From the NCBI RefSeq assembly GCF_018977255.1, contig NW_024704752.1, forward strand, positions 806,001 to 870,000: a DNA stretch of 64,000 nucleotides. Direction: 5' to 3'. The first letter of the stretch is position 1; every line of letters begins with the position of its first letter. A program made the translations under genes and the position numbers. Below are positions 1 to 12,000 of this stretch, piece by piece. This DNA comes from Callorhinchus milii (Eukaryota). A model generated the notes under the pieces. That model was not told the DNA's origin. It saw only the letters and a program-made list of their open reading frames with translations, and searched no databases.

Positions 1-311
1 AGTGGTTAGAGCACTCGCTTTGTAAGTGAGAGACCTGAGTTCAATTCCAGGCAGAGGGCGAAACCTTGGGCAAGTTTCCTTACTCCACACAGAGCCTAAT
101 AATAATCCCTCCAAAACCCAAAACAATAATAAATTGGTCATTTTCAATCCACGACTGTTTGTGGGACATTGCTGTGCGCAATTGGCTGCTGCGTTCACCC
201 ACAAATATAGTCAATTCACTTTACAGTATATTCTGTGAAGCGCTTCAGGACGTCTAGGAGACGTGAAAAGCGCTATATCAAATGCAAGGATTATTATTAT
301 TATTATTATTA
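1..311 (+). mobile_element. tRNA-derived SINE with L2-like 3' end and (TTA)n tail
   Basis: A/B-box-like head (AGTGGTTAGAGC...GAGTTCAATTCC), shared body and GCGCTATATCAAATGCAAGGA(TTA)n tail; many near-identical copies in the window. Confidence 0.85.
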
Positions 312-949
312 TATGCTTTGTAGTAGCATTTTTCCATATTCTGGGAATTCTCTGCAAAGAAAGCCAACCTTCCTACCCAATTTCTACCAGTTAGCATTTT
401 ATTGGCACGACTGACATCGCATTCTTATTAATTATTTATTTTTCTGATTACTAATACAGATATATATATTGTGTGTATTATCTTTAGTCTGGATATTATA
501 TATATCTATAGTTAAGGCAAACAAATGAAAGGAATGGAAATTTTTAACAAGGTACAAAAAATACATTAGCTGCTTGCCAGCACCTTGGGTCCTCCTCCTG
601 ATGTGAAAAGCTCCAACAAATGTAAATTGTTGTTGTTGTTGTTAGTCAGCAGGTTCCTATGCTAAAGGAAAAATAGCGCTGGTGATATTGATCGATTTGC
701 ATGGAGTTATTTGAAAGACATAAACAAGTCCATGAGGTCTCCAGCGTCCTGTTTCCATTTCCAAGGTGAGGAGATTCTTATCCACTGGGATTATCACGAT
801 GTACCTATGGTTTGCATTGTTAAATCTGTTTGAATGAGTAAATTGACCCACAAATCATTGCAAAGAGAATGTACTATATATATCTGCACAATTAACAGCC
901 AGGATTCAAATAGAGAGACAATCAGCACCTGTTTCCGAAACGTATTACG

Positions 950-3900
950 ATGTACCGTCTATTTTTGTGCTTACTCTTTGCTAGTTCTATGTGGGAATCA
1001 AATGAAGAGACCTGCAAACTACAAGGAACATTTAATTTACCCCAAATATCGAAAGATGGCGATATCGTTCTAGGAGGGATTTTTAATATACACGCTGGTC
1101 GATTAATTCAAATTAATTCTTTTTTTACTGCACCCGAAGAAACAAAATGCAGAAGGTGAGCTCTGTAATCTGATGGAACATGGTCTGTTTTTCTACTGTT
1201 TGTAGAGCAATTACTCCCAGGTCCCTCACGATGGGATTTCGATAACTGAATTCAAATCACAGGAGTGGATTGTGATCACAAAATATTGCGACATTTTAGT
1301 TATTTCATGCAATGGCATCAGTGGCTAGAGAAGTTAATTGTGCACATATATATATATATACTAGATATTATAATTTCTACTAAGTCCTTACAAAGTACCT
1401 CGACCTATTTTGATTTATTTTCTTAACATCCAATGTAGTTTTGAATTACTTTCCAATTTCCAGATATCAATGGTGATTAGATCCATGTTGCTCTTGAGTA
1501 ATCACAACTCTATAGTAATCAGTTTGCCCAACACTGTATTTTGATTAGATGTTTCAAGCTGCTCACCTTCAATTTGTTATCTATGCTAACTTTGTGGTAA
1601 AATTTAACATCAAATTGTATTTACATACGGCCCAGAGTAGTACCTTCGAGCACTTATTTTGAGCGTAACAGACGGATCTTTCTCTTCATTGTACAAAATC
1701 GAAATATTAGCATTAATTATATGTAGCAATTACCTAATTCATCCATTTATTGCCCAGTTTTGATTTCAGAGTCTTTCGCCTTGTGAACACAATGATTTTT
1801 GCAATTGAGGAAATAAATCAGAACAGAGCGATGCTGCCTAATGTTACATTGGGCTATACCATTTATGATGCCTGTGGGTCTCCCACCATTGCGACTAAAA
1901 TAGCTCTGGGTCTTATGAATGGTCAAAAGGAAGAAGAAACAGAGAGTGGCGATGACTGTCAAGAATCTCCCAGTATCCCAGCTCTAGTTGGTGCTGACGG
2001 ATCCTCAGAATCCATGGCAGTGGCAAGATTAATAGCTCCTTTCAGAATTCCAATGGTAAGTTCACATAATTAGTTACTGGTTAATACTTGGTAAATTACT
2101 ATTTAGCAAAATAAAACTATAATATCCTACAGAAACAATAAAAGTAGAACAAATATTACACATTGAAATTATACTGACATGCATTCAATGTTTTAGTTCT
2201 GCAAAATAATCCAGACAAATCTGTTCTGTTTACGTTCATTAATACACAATGGGAACATTGCTAAACTTATGATGGTTCCTTCATTCAAGGCAACAAATAC
2301 AATACACAACATATTGCATATAGCGCCTTTCGCATCTGGAGAATGTCCCGAGGCACTGGGCAGTGTATTCGAGTTGGGGATTGGAGTCAAAGGTGTGGAG
2401 GATAAGTTGGGGATGTGTGGAGCTGGGAGGATGAACGAAGACACGGTCAAAGAGGACGGTCTTTAGATGGGCCATAAACATAAGGAAGGGATCAAGGCAG
2501 AGGGGCTCCAAAGGCTGAGGTCACAAAGGCTGAATTCAAGAATGCTCAAGCTTGTATGTTGGGTGTCATTCATCCAAGGTATTTAGATTACGAAAATTAT
2601 CTTCAGATTCATCATCTGCCTACACTTATTTTATCAATTGCAGGTCAGTTACTTTTCCACCTGCGTCTGTCTCAGTGACAGGAAAGAATTTCCCACCTTT
2701 TACAGAACCATACCCAGTGACTACCATCAGTCCAAGGCTTTAGCTCAAATAATTAAGAAGTTTGGATGGACGTGGATTGGGACTGTAAGAACCAACAATG
2801 ACTATGGTAACTTTGGAATGCAGGCCTTTACAGAAATTGTCCAGAGACTTGACATTTGCATTGCCTTCTCTGAATCATTTTATAGAACTGATTCTCATGA
2901 AAAGATAACAAAAATTGTTAATATAATTAAATCATCTACAACTAAAGTGATTGTGGCTTTTGTTGCTAAAGGGGAAATGGAGATATTGCTTTCGGAAATT
3001 ATACGTCAAAATGTCACAGGAATACAGTGGATAGGAACAGAAGCTTGGATAACAGCCAAACTTACAACTCAAGGCGAAAGCACAAAATTCCTTATTGGGG
3101 CAATTGGTCCTTCAATTCGTCTGATGGAAGTAAAAGGATTGCAAGAATTTCTTCTCAAAATTCATCCTTCATTTTTTCCCGGAAATAGTTTAGTAAAAGA
3201 ATTTTGGGAAACTGCGTTCGACTGCATATTCTGGTCAGAAAACACAAGCCAAATACGTACAACATCCACATTGCAGCAATGCACCGGCAATGAAGATTTA
3301 ACAGAAATACAAAATGCATATTCTGATGTATCTATGGATGGAAGTTCCTACAATGTATACAAAGCAGTGTACGCTGTGGCTCATGCACTTCACAATATGC
3401 TTTTGTGTGAGAAAGGAAAAGAACCATTCATAGATAATACAAGTAATCCATGTGCACGTTTATCAAAATTTCAACCATGGGAGGTAAGAACATATTTAAT
3501 AAATCAACACTGTTTTATTGCACCTAATGCATTAGTGAAATGTTTGCATCAAATTGGCATGTTGGCGTCAGCCTGCAGACTTCTCGACTTCTCAGACCGA
3601 AGCCTGAAGAGGACACATTTGCAGGGCTATGGGAAGAGAGCTGGGTAGTGGGATTGATTTGGAAGCTCTTTCAAAAGAGCTGGTGCAGACATGATGGACC
3701 AAATGGCCTCCTTCTGTGCTGTATAATTCTATGAGAAGATTGTGTATTTAAGCTATACATTAGGACTTTCAACTCACATTTTAAGCTGACATTTCCTGTT
3801 GTGCTGGGAAGCACTGATTTGTTAGAGTTGCCTTCTTCTAAGTGGAATATTAAACCTCTATCCTGTCTGCCTTTTCAAGTGGACATTTAAAATCCCAAGG

Positions 3901-6900
3901 CACTCGAAAAGGCAGCTTCTCCCAGGGTTCCTGGTAAATAATTATAGAATCATAGAATCATACAGTACAGAAAGACGACATTCAGCCCATTCTGTCTGGG
4001 CCAGCTCCGAAAAGAGCAATCTAACTCAATCCCACTATTTCTTTCTTAAAAGTTGTTATTGAATCGGCTCCCACTACCCTTTCAGGTAATGCAGTAAAGA
4101 TCCCAACAACTCACTGGTGAAAACATTTTTCCTAACCTCTCCTCTGTTTCTTTTAACAACTATCTTAAATCGGTGTCCTCGGGTTACTGACCCACCAGTG
4201 GAAACAGTTTTCCCGGTTCAATCTATCAAATCCTCTCATGATCTTGAAAACCTCTATTAAATCCTCTTCTGGTGAGAATAATTCTAGTTTCGTTAACCTC
4301 TCCTCATAACTAAGGTCCTTCATTCCTGGTACCATTGGGTAAACCTCCTTTGCATCCTCTCCAATGCCCGAACATCTTTCCTAAAGTGCGGTGCCCAGAA
4401 CTGAACACAGTCTCCAACTGAGGCCTAACCAGCATTTTATAAATATTCAACATAACCTCCTGACGTTTGAATTCTATGCCCCTATTTATAAACCCTAGTA
4501 ACCCGTATGCTTTTTTAACAGCTTTATCTACCTGTCCTGCCACCTTCAGAGATCTGCTCATGTGGACCCCCAGGTCTCTCTGTTCATTTGCCCCCTTTGA
4601 AATTGTACCATCAGCTTACATTGCCTCCTCATTCTTCCTACCAAAATACAACACTTCGCATTTCTCCACATTAAATCTCATCTATCACATTTCTGCCCAT
4701 TTTACCAATCTGTCTAAGTCCTCCTGTAGTCTGGTACTATCCTCCTCACCGTTAACTGCTTTTCCGAGCTTAGTATCGTCTGCAAATTTGGAAATTGTGC
4801 TCCCGATATCCAGGTCCAGATTATTAATATAGATCAGAAAGAGCAGTGGTCCCAATACCAACCCCTGAGGGACACCACTACACATCTCCCTCCAGTCAGA
4901 AAAGCAACCGTTTACTACCACTCTCTGCTTTCTGTCTCCCAGCCAGTTCTGGATCCATGTTGTCACAGTCCCTTTAATACCGTGGGCTTCTATTTTGTTT
5001 ATAAGTCTCATATGTGGCACTTCTTATGTGTCTCTTATGTGTCAAATCCTTTTGAAAATCTAGATAAACTACATCTACTGCACTACCTTCATACACCCTC
5101 TCAGTCACTTCATCAAAAAATTCTATTAGGTTTGTGAGACACGATCTGTCTTTAACAATTCCGTGTTGACTGTCCTTTACTAAGCCATATTTTTCTAATG
5201 ATATTCATAATTGACTTTCTTCACGGCTGTTTGTGGGACATTGCAGTCAGCAAGTTGGCTGCTGAATTCATCAAGATATACAGTTACTATATTTTATAGT
5301 ATATCCTGTAAAGCCCCTTCAAATGTCTCTTGATGTGAAACATGCTACATGAACTGCAAGGATTACTGTTTTTATTATTTTAAAATTATCTTTTGGATGG
5401 TATTTGACTGTTCAAGTACTGTAGACTAAAGTGCATATGTTAACAAATTTGATGAGGCATGATGAACTGCCAATTTATAAAACCATTTTTTAAAATATTA
5501 TTAAAGCTTCTAGGTTACTTGCAATCAGTAAATTTCACAACTACATCAGGTGACAGTATTTATTTTGATGAAAATGGAGATTCAGTGGCCACATACGACT
5601 TGGTAAACTGGCGATTGAATTCGAAAGGTACTGTTGAAATTGGCATTGTTGGCTTCTACGATGGTTCTGCATTTCCAGGTCATGAACTAATGCTGGATGA
5701 AGAAGCTATTGTATGGAACAGTGGTCAAAATGAGGTACTGTATTTACGTACAAGTGGATTAAACTATTAATGTGAATTGCAACTGAATAATGTATTAATT
5801 TCATAGCCGTATTTACAACAGATTTTCTTCTTTACACAAGCCTTCGAAGCAAAAGGACAGACTGATGTACCATGTTATTTATGTAACCTTTACCATGAAT
5901 ATAAGTTTTAATGTTATAGTAAATAAATTGGATTGGATTCGACTCATTAGACAGTGATACAGGCTACGTGGTTAAACAAAGTGATACAGCGCAGATGGCA
6001 GTAGATTGACAAAGGTGGATATTTGAAGGAATTATAAAAAATTTACAGAATAGAAACAAATGTCTCAAAACCATATTAGATATCATATATTCACGCAAGA
6101 GCTTGTTTCATTTATGCAGAAAATTATTTTAACAATGCTGTATTTATCATTGAGTCCTGAATTTGCATCAATCTAATTTATGAAGAATTCAGCCTACAAC
6201 AATTTGTCTGACAGATTTATCCAAGGCAACTTTGTATAATTTTAGTTTCTAGATAGTTTTGTGAAATAGAAACTGGCCCAAGCTTTAAACTTGTACATAT
6301 CTGGATCAAATGAACAGCTCTAACCCCTGCGTCACCACAATCAATGGCCACTTTGTTATGTTTCTACTCTGTAGGATTTGCTGATATCTCATTGCCTTTT
6401 TTTTAAACATTATTTAAGTGCAACTTCCATCATTCTCACCAACCATAAGTGATGGCAAGTGACATGTTGGTGACAAGCCCTCCATTAGAAACCAAGAGTT
6501 ATCTATTTTTCAATAATTTGGGTTGAATAACATAATTTGTTCGAAGGCAATACTTCTGCAGCTCTAACGGGTACAAATATTTCATACATTTATTTAAGAA
6601 CATGTACTACACACATTTTGTATTGATCATTGCTAAAGGAGCTGATTTCTGTACCATGTTACACAAGTGTTATTATGCATACATAGGTTCCACGTGCGGT
6701 TTGCAGTGAGAGTTGTATTCCTGGAACAAGAAAAGTGACCAGAAAAGGGCGACCTGTGTGTTGCTTTGATTGTACAGAATGTGCTGAGGGAGAAATCAGC
6801 AATTTAACAGGTACCTTTATACTACGAAAATAAAGTTATTATTTCAAAAATTGTATATTCAAACATTCAGGCACGTTTTACCAATTAATGATAATATTTT

Positions 6901-7811
6901 TGGAAGATTCCACAGACTGCATTAAATGCCCTGAACAATATTGGCCCAATCAGCAGAGAGATCGTTGCCTACCAAAGGAAATAGAGTTCCTCTCCTTTAC
7001 CGAAATGCTGGGAGGTGTATTGCTGACATTGGCTCTGGTGGGAGTGAGCACCACAATAAGTATTACCATTGTCTTCTTCACACACAGAGACACTCCTATT
7101 GTTAAAGCCAACAATTCTGAGCTCAGCTATCTGCTTCTCTTTGCATTAACGCTGTGTTTTCTGTGCTCAGTGACTTTCATTGGCGAGCCCTCAGTCTGGG
7201 CTTGCATGTTGTGCCACACAGCATTCGCTATCGCTTTCGTTCTCTGTATTTCCTGTATTTTGATTAAAACAATCCTTGTGATTCTGGCGTTTAAGGCAAC
7301 TCTTCCAAACAACAACATGGCCAAATTGTTCGGGCCTGCTCAGCAGCGTTGGAGTGTATTCCTCCTTACCTCTGTTCAGTGCCTGATATGTACTCTCTGG
7401 TTAACTATATCACACCCATTTCCCATGAGAAACACAGAATATTACAGAGAGATTATCATTCTGGAATGTGACCTGGGCTCTGTGAGCGCCTTTTATTCTA
7501 TGGCGGGATATATTGCTTTCCTGGCCGGAGTGAGCTTTGTGCTGGCGTTTCTAGCTCGGAAATTACCTGATAACTTTAATGAGGCTCAATGTATAACCTT
7601 TAGCATGCTCATCTTTTGTGCTGTTTGGATCACTTTTATACCAGTTTACATCAGCTCTCCTGGGAAATACACCGTTGCTGTCGAAGTCTTTGCTATTTTA
7701 GCCTCGAGTTTTGGGTTATTGTTTTGTATTTTTGTTCCTAAGTGTTACATTATTTTGGTAAAACCTGAAATGAATACCAAAAAACACTTGATGGGCAAAG
7801 TGTCCAACTGA
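950..7811 (+). CDS. V2R/OlfC-type (CaSR-related) class C GPCR, gene 1, 6 exons, about 866 aa
   Basis: Exons 950-1155, 1758-2055, 2644-3483, 5507-5734, 6687-6810, 6907-7811, all GT-AG, total 2601 nt in frame. Motifs: signal peptide, [57 protein letters not shown]. Confidence 0.93.
2295..2530 (-). mobile_element. L2 LINE 3' fragment
   Basis: Reverse complement of the 3' end and tail seen in other L2-like copies (GCGCTATATGCAA..., TTG-rich tail). Confidence 0.55.
3945..5200 (-). mobile_element. CR1 LINE 3' part (RT C-terminus), inserted in a DeuSINE-like relic
   Basis: Minus-strand ORFs contain [27 protein letters not shown] and LVRPQLE; CR1-type (ATTCTATG)n tail at 3945-3960. A Deu-like segment lies at about 3830-3944 and a SINE tail resumes at about 5210-5370. 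Confidence 0.88.
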
Positions 7812-8974
7812 AAAACTAGCTGCCTAGATATGTAAGCTGCAGCTAAAAGTGAACATAATTTAAGTGCAGGTTAGTTTTACTGAAATGTAACAGGAAACTA
7901 ACTAAAGTACATGTAAACTGTCTAATGTTTAGTCGTTTTGTGCATGGTGACATGGAATTTTTAAGTGTCACTTTACATGTTTTATATTCTCTGCCAATAA
8001 ATTATTTATGTTCAACATTGATACCTGATGTTATTGTTATCTGATGCAATTAATTTATTTACAGATGTTACACTTGTATTGCTGCAATCAAACTTCCCTT
8101 TGATTTATTCTCTTAATTTCCAATAGCATTGTTGTCCTTTACTGATTCCCCCCAACACTGGACACAATCCACCTCAACTCTCTCAAATCCTTCTCACATG
8201 CATTTGCCATTGTAACCAATAATCCACGACACTATAGACACTATAAGCAATTAAGCAGTAAGTAAATAAATAAATGAATAAGTAAATAATTCAGAGAAAT
8301 GATAGACAATGAATCTGTAAACTGAATGATTCTGAACCATTTGTGAGTGTAGGTTAGGAAGGAGGACGATCGTGAATAAATGTTGTTGTGGCTGCAGTGG
8401 TGGAGGGAGAACAAATAATTATTACTTCTACGTTATCTCCAAATTAACCAAATTTGCTCGATCTGTGACAGAGGTCTCAAATCATTGTCACGTGTTACAA
8501 AGGACTACTTCAGTAACAACACTGTGAGGCTGTCCTACAGCACGATAAAGAATTGCCAACAACAAACTTGCGGAATAAAAGCCATTGTGGTGGAACATTC
8601 AGAAATAAAACGGTAAAACATAGACAAGAGGCGGAAACTCGTCTTTGCAGCTCTCAATGAATGCATTGTGTTCCATCATCTTCAAACGATTACAAATTAG
8701 AATAAGGCAAATAAGAATAATACTGTTTAAGGAATTTAACCATCACAATGCCACATGAAGGATAATTTTAAAAAGTTGCTTCCATGATTACACAGAGTGG
8801 AAATCCCTGATGAGATACACTAAGATACTTGGCCACAATCGTTACAGCTGACAGTTAATTTTCCGGAGGCACATAGGAAATTATATTCTACTGGGATTTT
8901 AAATAATTTCCAAATTACCTTCCACTGAATTGCATCAAAGGCGGCAATTCCCAGAAAGCCCCGCTGTAGTACAA

Positions 8975-8981
8975 TATAAAA
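8975..8981 (+). promoter_or_regulatory. TATA-like box of gene 2 (same in genes 3 and 6)
   Basis: TATAAAA about 88 nt upstream of the ATG. TATA-like boxes also precede gene 4 (33428), gene 5 (41856) and gene 7 (60190). Confidence 0.45.
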
Positions 8982-9062
8982 CACACATACGGGGACGTAT
9001 ATATTGGACAATTGAACTTGTCTGCTCGGATAACTGCAACTTCTGATTGACGTAAATAGTAA

Positions 9063-12000
9063 ATGTATGTGGGAAATATGTTTTACTTTTTCCTGTTAGA
9101 ATTGCTCAGACTTGAGGCCGGATGGGGAAGCGGTGAATATAGTTGTAAACTTCAAGGGAAGTTCGATTTACCTGAACTGTCAAAGGACGGAGACATCATT
9201 CTGGGGGGACTTTTTAACTTGCACATGGACAGGGTTGAGAATGTGCATTCCTTTACTGTCCGGCCAAAAGCAGAACAGTGCAAACGGTGAGTGGATTCTC
9301 AGAGTAATTTATAAAAAGCTATAGTTAAGTGTATAGTAAATGTATATGGGTGTCTGACACATGTGGAAACCCACCAACATGCCTTCGAGTATCCAAACCA
9401 AGCTGACATTTCCATGCATTCTGCCTACAAGTCCTGTAGCTCAGTGGTTGGAGCACTCGCCTCGCAAGTGAGAGACCTTGGCTCGATTCCTGGCTGGGTG
9501 AAATGTTGGTCAAGTTTCTTTACTCCACATGCCTCTGTTTACCTTGCAGTAAGGAGAAACAGGGTTAATAGGCGATTGTCAGATCAGTTTACTGGGAGTA
9601 ATAATTGCTTAAAAAAAAATGGGTCACTTGAATGCACGACTGTGGAGGGACGCTGCTCTGCGCAATTAGTTGCTGCATTTCACCCACAAAATATGCAGTC
9701 AATTTACCTTGCAGTATATTCTGTGAAGCGCTTTGAGACATCTCGAAGACGTGAGAAGGTGCTATTTACAAATGGGAATCCCAGCAATAGATTGTTGGAA
9801 TGGAATGCGCGCTCTCTCCCTGGAGGGAAGCATCCTGCCTACCTAATTCCGGAAAGTATTAAGCGCAGATTAGCAAGAGCCAAGGGTTGGAGAGCCCAGA
9901 GGGTGCGTTGGGTTACTGCTGGAGTCTAACCAGTTAAAACCACATAGCTCGCCATTGGTATTAATGCCCGGCAAGCTTTCCCGCTACTTGTCCAGTGAGG
10001 AGCACCCTACCCATTAGTGCTTTGGCTGCAGGGTTTTCAGGAGCTGAGTGAGATGACTCCCTGCCCCAGTGACTGGTCTGCTCTTCCAGGTCCTGCCGAT
10101 GATTCAGCTGGGCTGTGCTGTCATTAGCAGTGCCCTGGAATACCACAAACCCACTTGTCTTTGGAACCGATTTCGTCCGGCTTTGGTTATCCTCAAACGA
10201 GGAGAGTCACTCGTTGTTTGTTCGACATCCAACAAGCATGGGTTTGACCCCTCACAAGGTGGTTGGTTTGTATAACGTGCACCTTGCGAGTTTCCTGGTG
10301 AGCAACGCATCTCAGCATGAAATGCATGAGGGCATTTGTCACCATCTTCCTACCCACAGATCAGGCACACATCCCTTCCAATTGACCGATACTTCCACCA
10401 TTTGGAGGTGCTTAGTTTAAGCAGCAGTTGCTTGCCTCTCTGAAGGACAAACAAGGTGGATTCCAGGTAATGGACGTTCAAACATATGTTCAAGGATTCA
10501 GACTCCAGGTAACGCTGTAAGGAAACAGACAGAAAGGTGCAATTGAGATCGCAAATCCAATTAGTAATTGCAAAAAGGCAAATCACTGATCTACCAATTT
10601 ACCAAACTGTAACATTGAATAAATGGCTATTGACTGTAATACGATTGATGTTTTCTCGTAGTACCGATTTTCAGCCAGTAATGAAAACACCTGATCTCAT
10701 TCCATGAAGCTAATAATTTGTGTAACTCCAAAGGTTTGATTTCAGAGGCTTTCGCTTGGCTCAGACCATGATTTTTGCCATCGAAGAAATCAACAGAAAT
10801 CATCTCCTTTTGCCAAATGTCACACTGGGATTCAGGATCCACGATGATTGTGCGTCATCCAAGATTGTGACAAAAGCGGCCTTAGCTCTTGTTAATGGGG
10901 AGGAAACCGGTTTGGGTTATTCTTGCACAGGACAATCTAATGTCATCGGGATCGTTGGCACACAAGGATCCTCTGAGTCTATTGCAGTAGCAAGAGTTAT
11001 TGGTCCTTTTCAAGTTCCAATGGTAACGTTGTATGTTTCTAGTAGCATAATGTTTGCAAGGTACATATTACGATAACATAATTCTGTGCACATTTAATCC
11101 AAACTATATACAGTATTGTCTGTTGATGATAATATTTTTGCTGAAATAAAATATTCAATTATTAGACTGAAGATTAGTTTTACCAATTATGATAATCTGG
11201 TAAAACTGTGAAAGCACTTTTCCACTTCCTGATGGAAATCTCTCTGATATAAACATGAACACTACACAAGCATACACACACACACGTACACATTGTTTTC
11301 CATTGAATTCAGATTTATTTTTCTGCATTTTTCCAATATTTCATTCATGATAAGCAAAAATATGTCATGAAAGTTGCGCATTGAAAACATATACAAATAA
11401 GTAGTTTTAGCTGTTTAGACTCCAACAGTTATCCCAATGCACATCCTGAGGGCTCTAGCCAATCTGCGTCTAATACTCTCTGGAATTATGCAATGAGAAT
11501 TGGTCCCTGCAACGACACAGTGCTAATTCCATTAAAACCTTCTAGAATTTGATTTTCTCTTATCAAATGAAAGAATTATACAAATTGATTAGTGTGAGTT
11601 TAAATTCTTTATGTACCACCAAAAGAGAAAATAAAAAAGGCAATAAGACTATTCTATATTGGAAATACATAAATACACGTTCACTGTAATGGAAATTGTA
11701 GTTACATATTGTCAATTAAACCATAACCTACTAATTCTCATTCACAACATTTTGAAGCTTAAATAAGTGGAGTCTATATCTTAAGCTACCCTGAGTTCAA
11801 TAATGACTCAGCAACTTATGAGTTTTCAAGTATTCAGGATTTGCTTTTAGAGATCAAATATATTAATGATAATCTAAATGTCTTTTATCAATCACAGGTC
11901 AGCTACTTTTCCACTTGTGTTTGTCTCAGCAATAGGAACGAATACCCCGTATTTTACAGAACTATACCCAGTGACTACCATCAGTCCAAGGCTTTAGCTC

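Noticed and set aside
26-257. Short ORFs repeated across the window (…[14 protein letters not shown]…)
   Set aside because: Translations of SINE copies, not genes.
7127-7324. Recurrent antisense ORFs over the 7TM exons and exon 3
   Set aside because: Shadows of conserved sense codons, repeated only because the exons are duplicated.
950-7811. Calling these genes CASR
   Set aside because: Tandem expansion, six-exon V2R layout and very short C-tails fit V2R/OlfC; CASR is single-copy with a long tail.
10165-10205. Hammerhead-like GGACGAAA on the minus strand
   Set aside because: No CUGANGA core or complementary stem II could be found.
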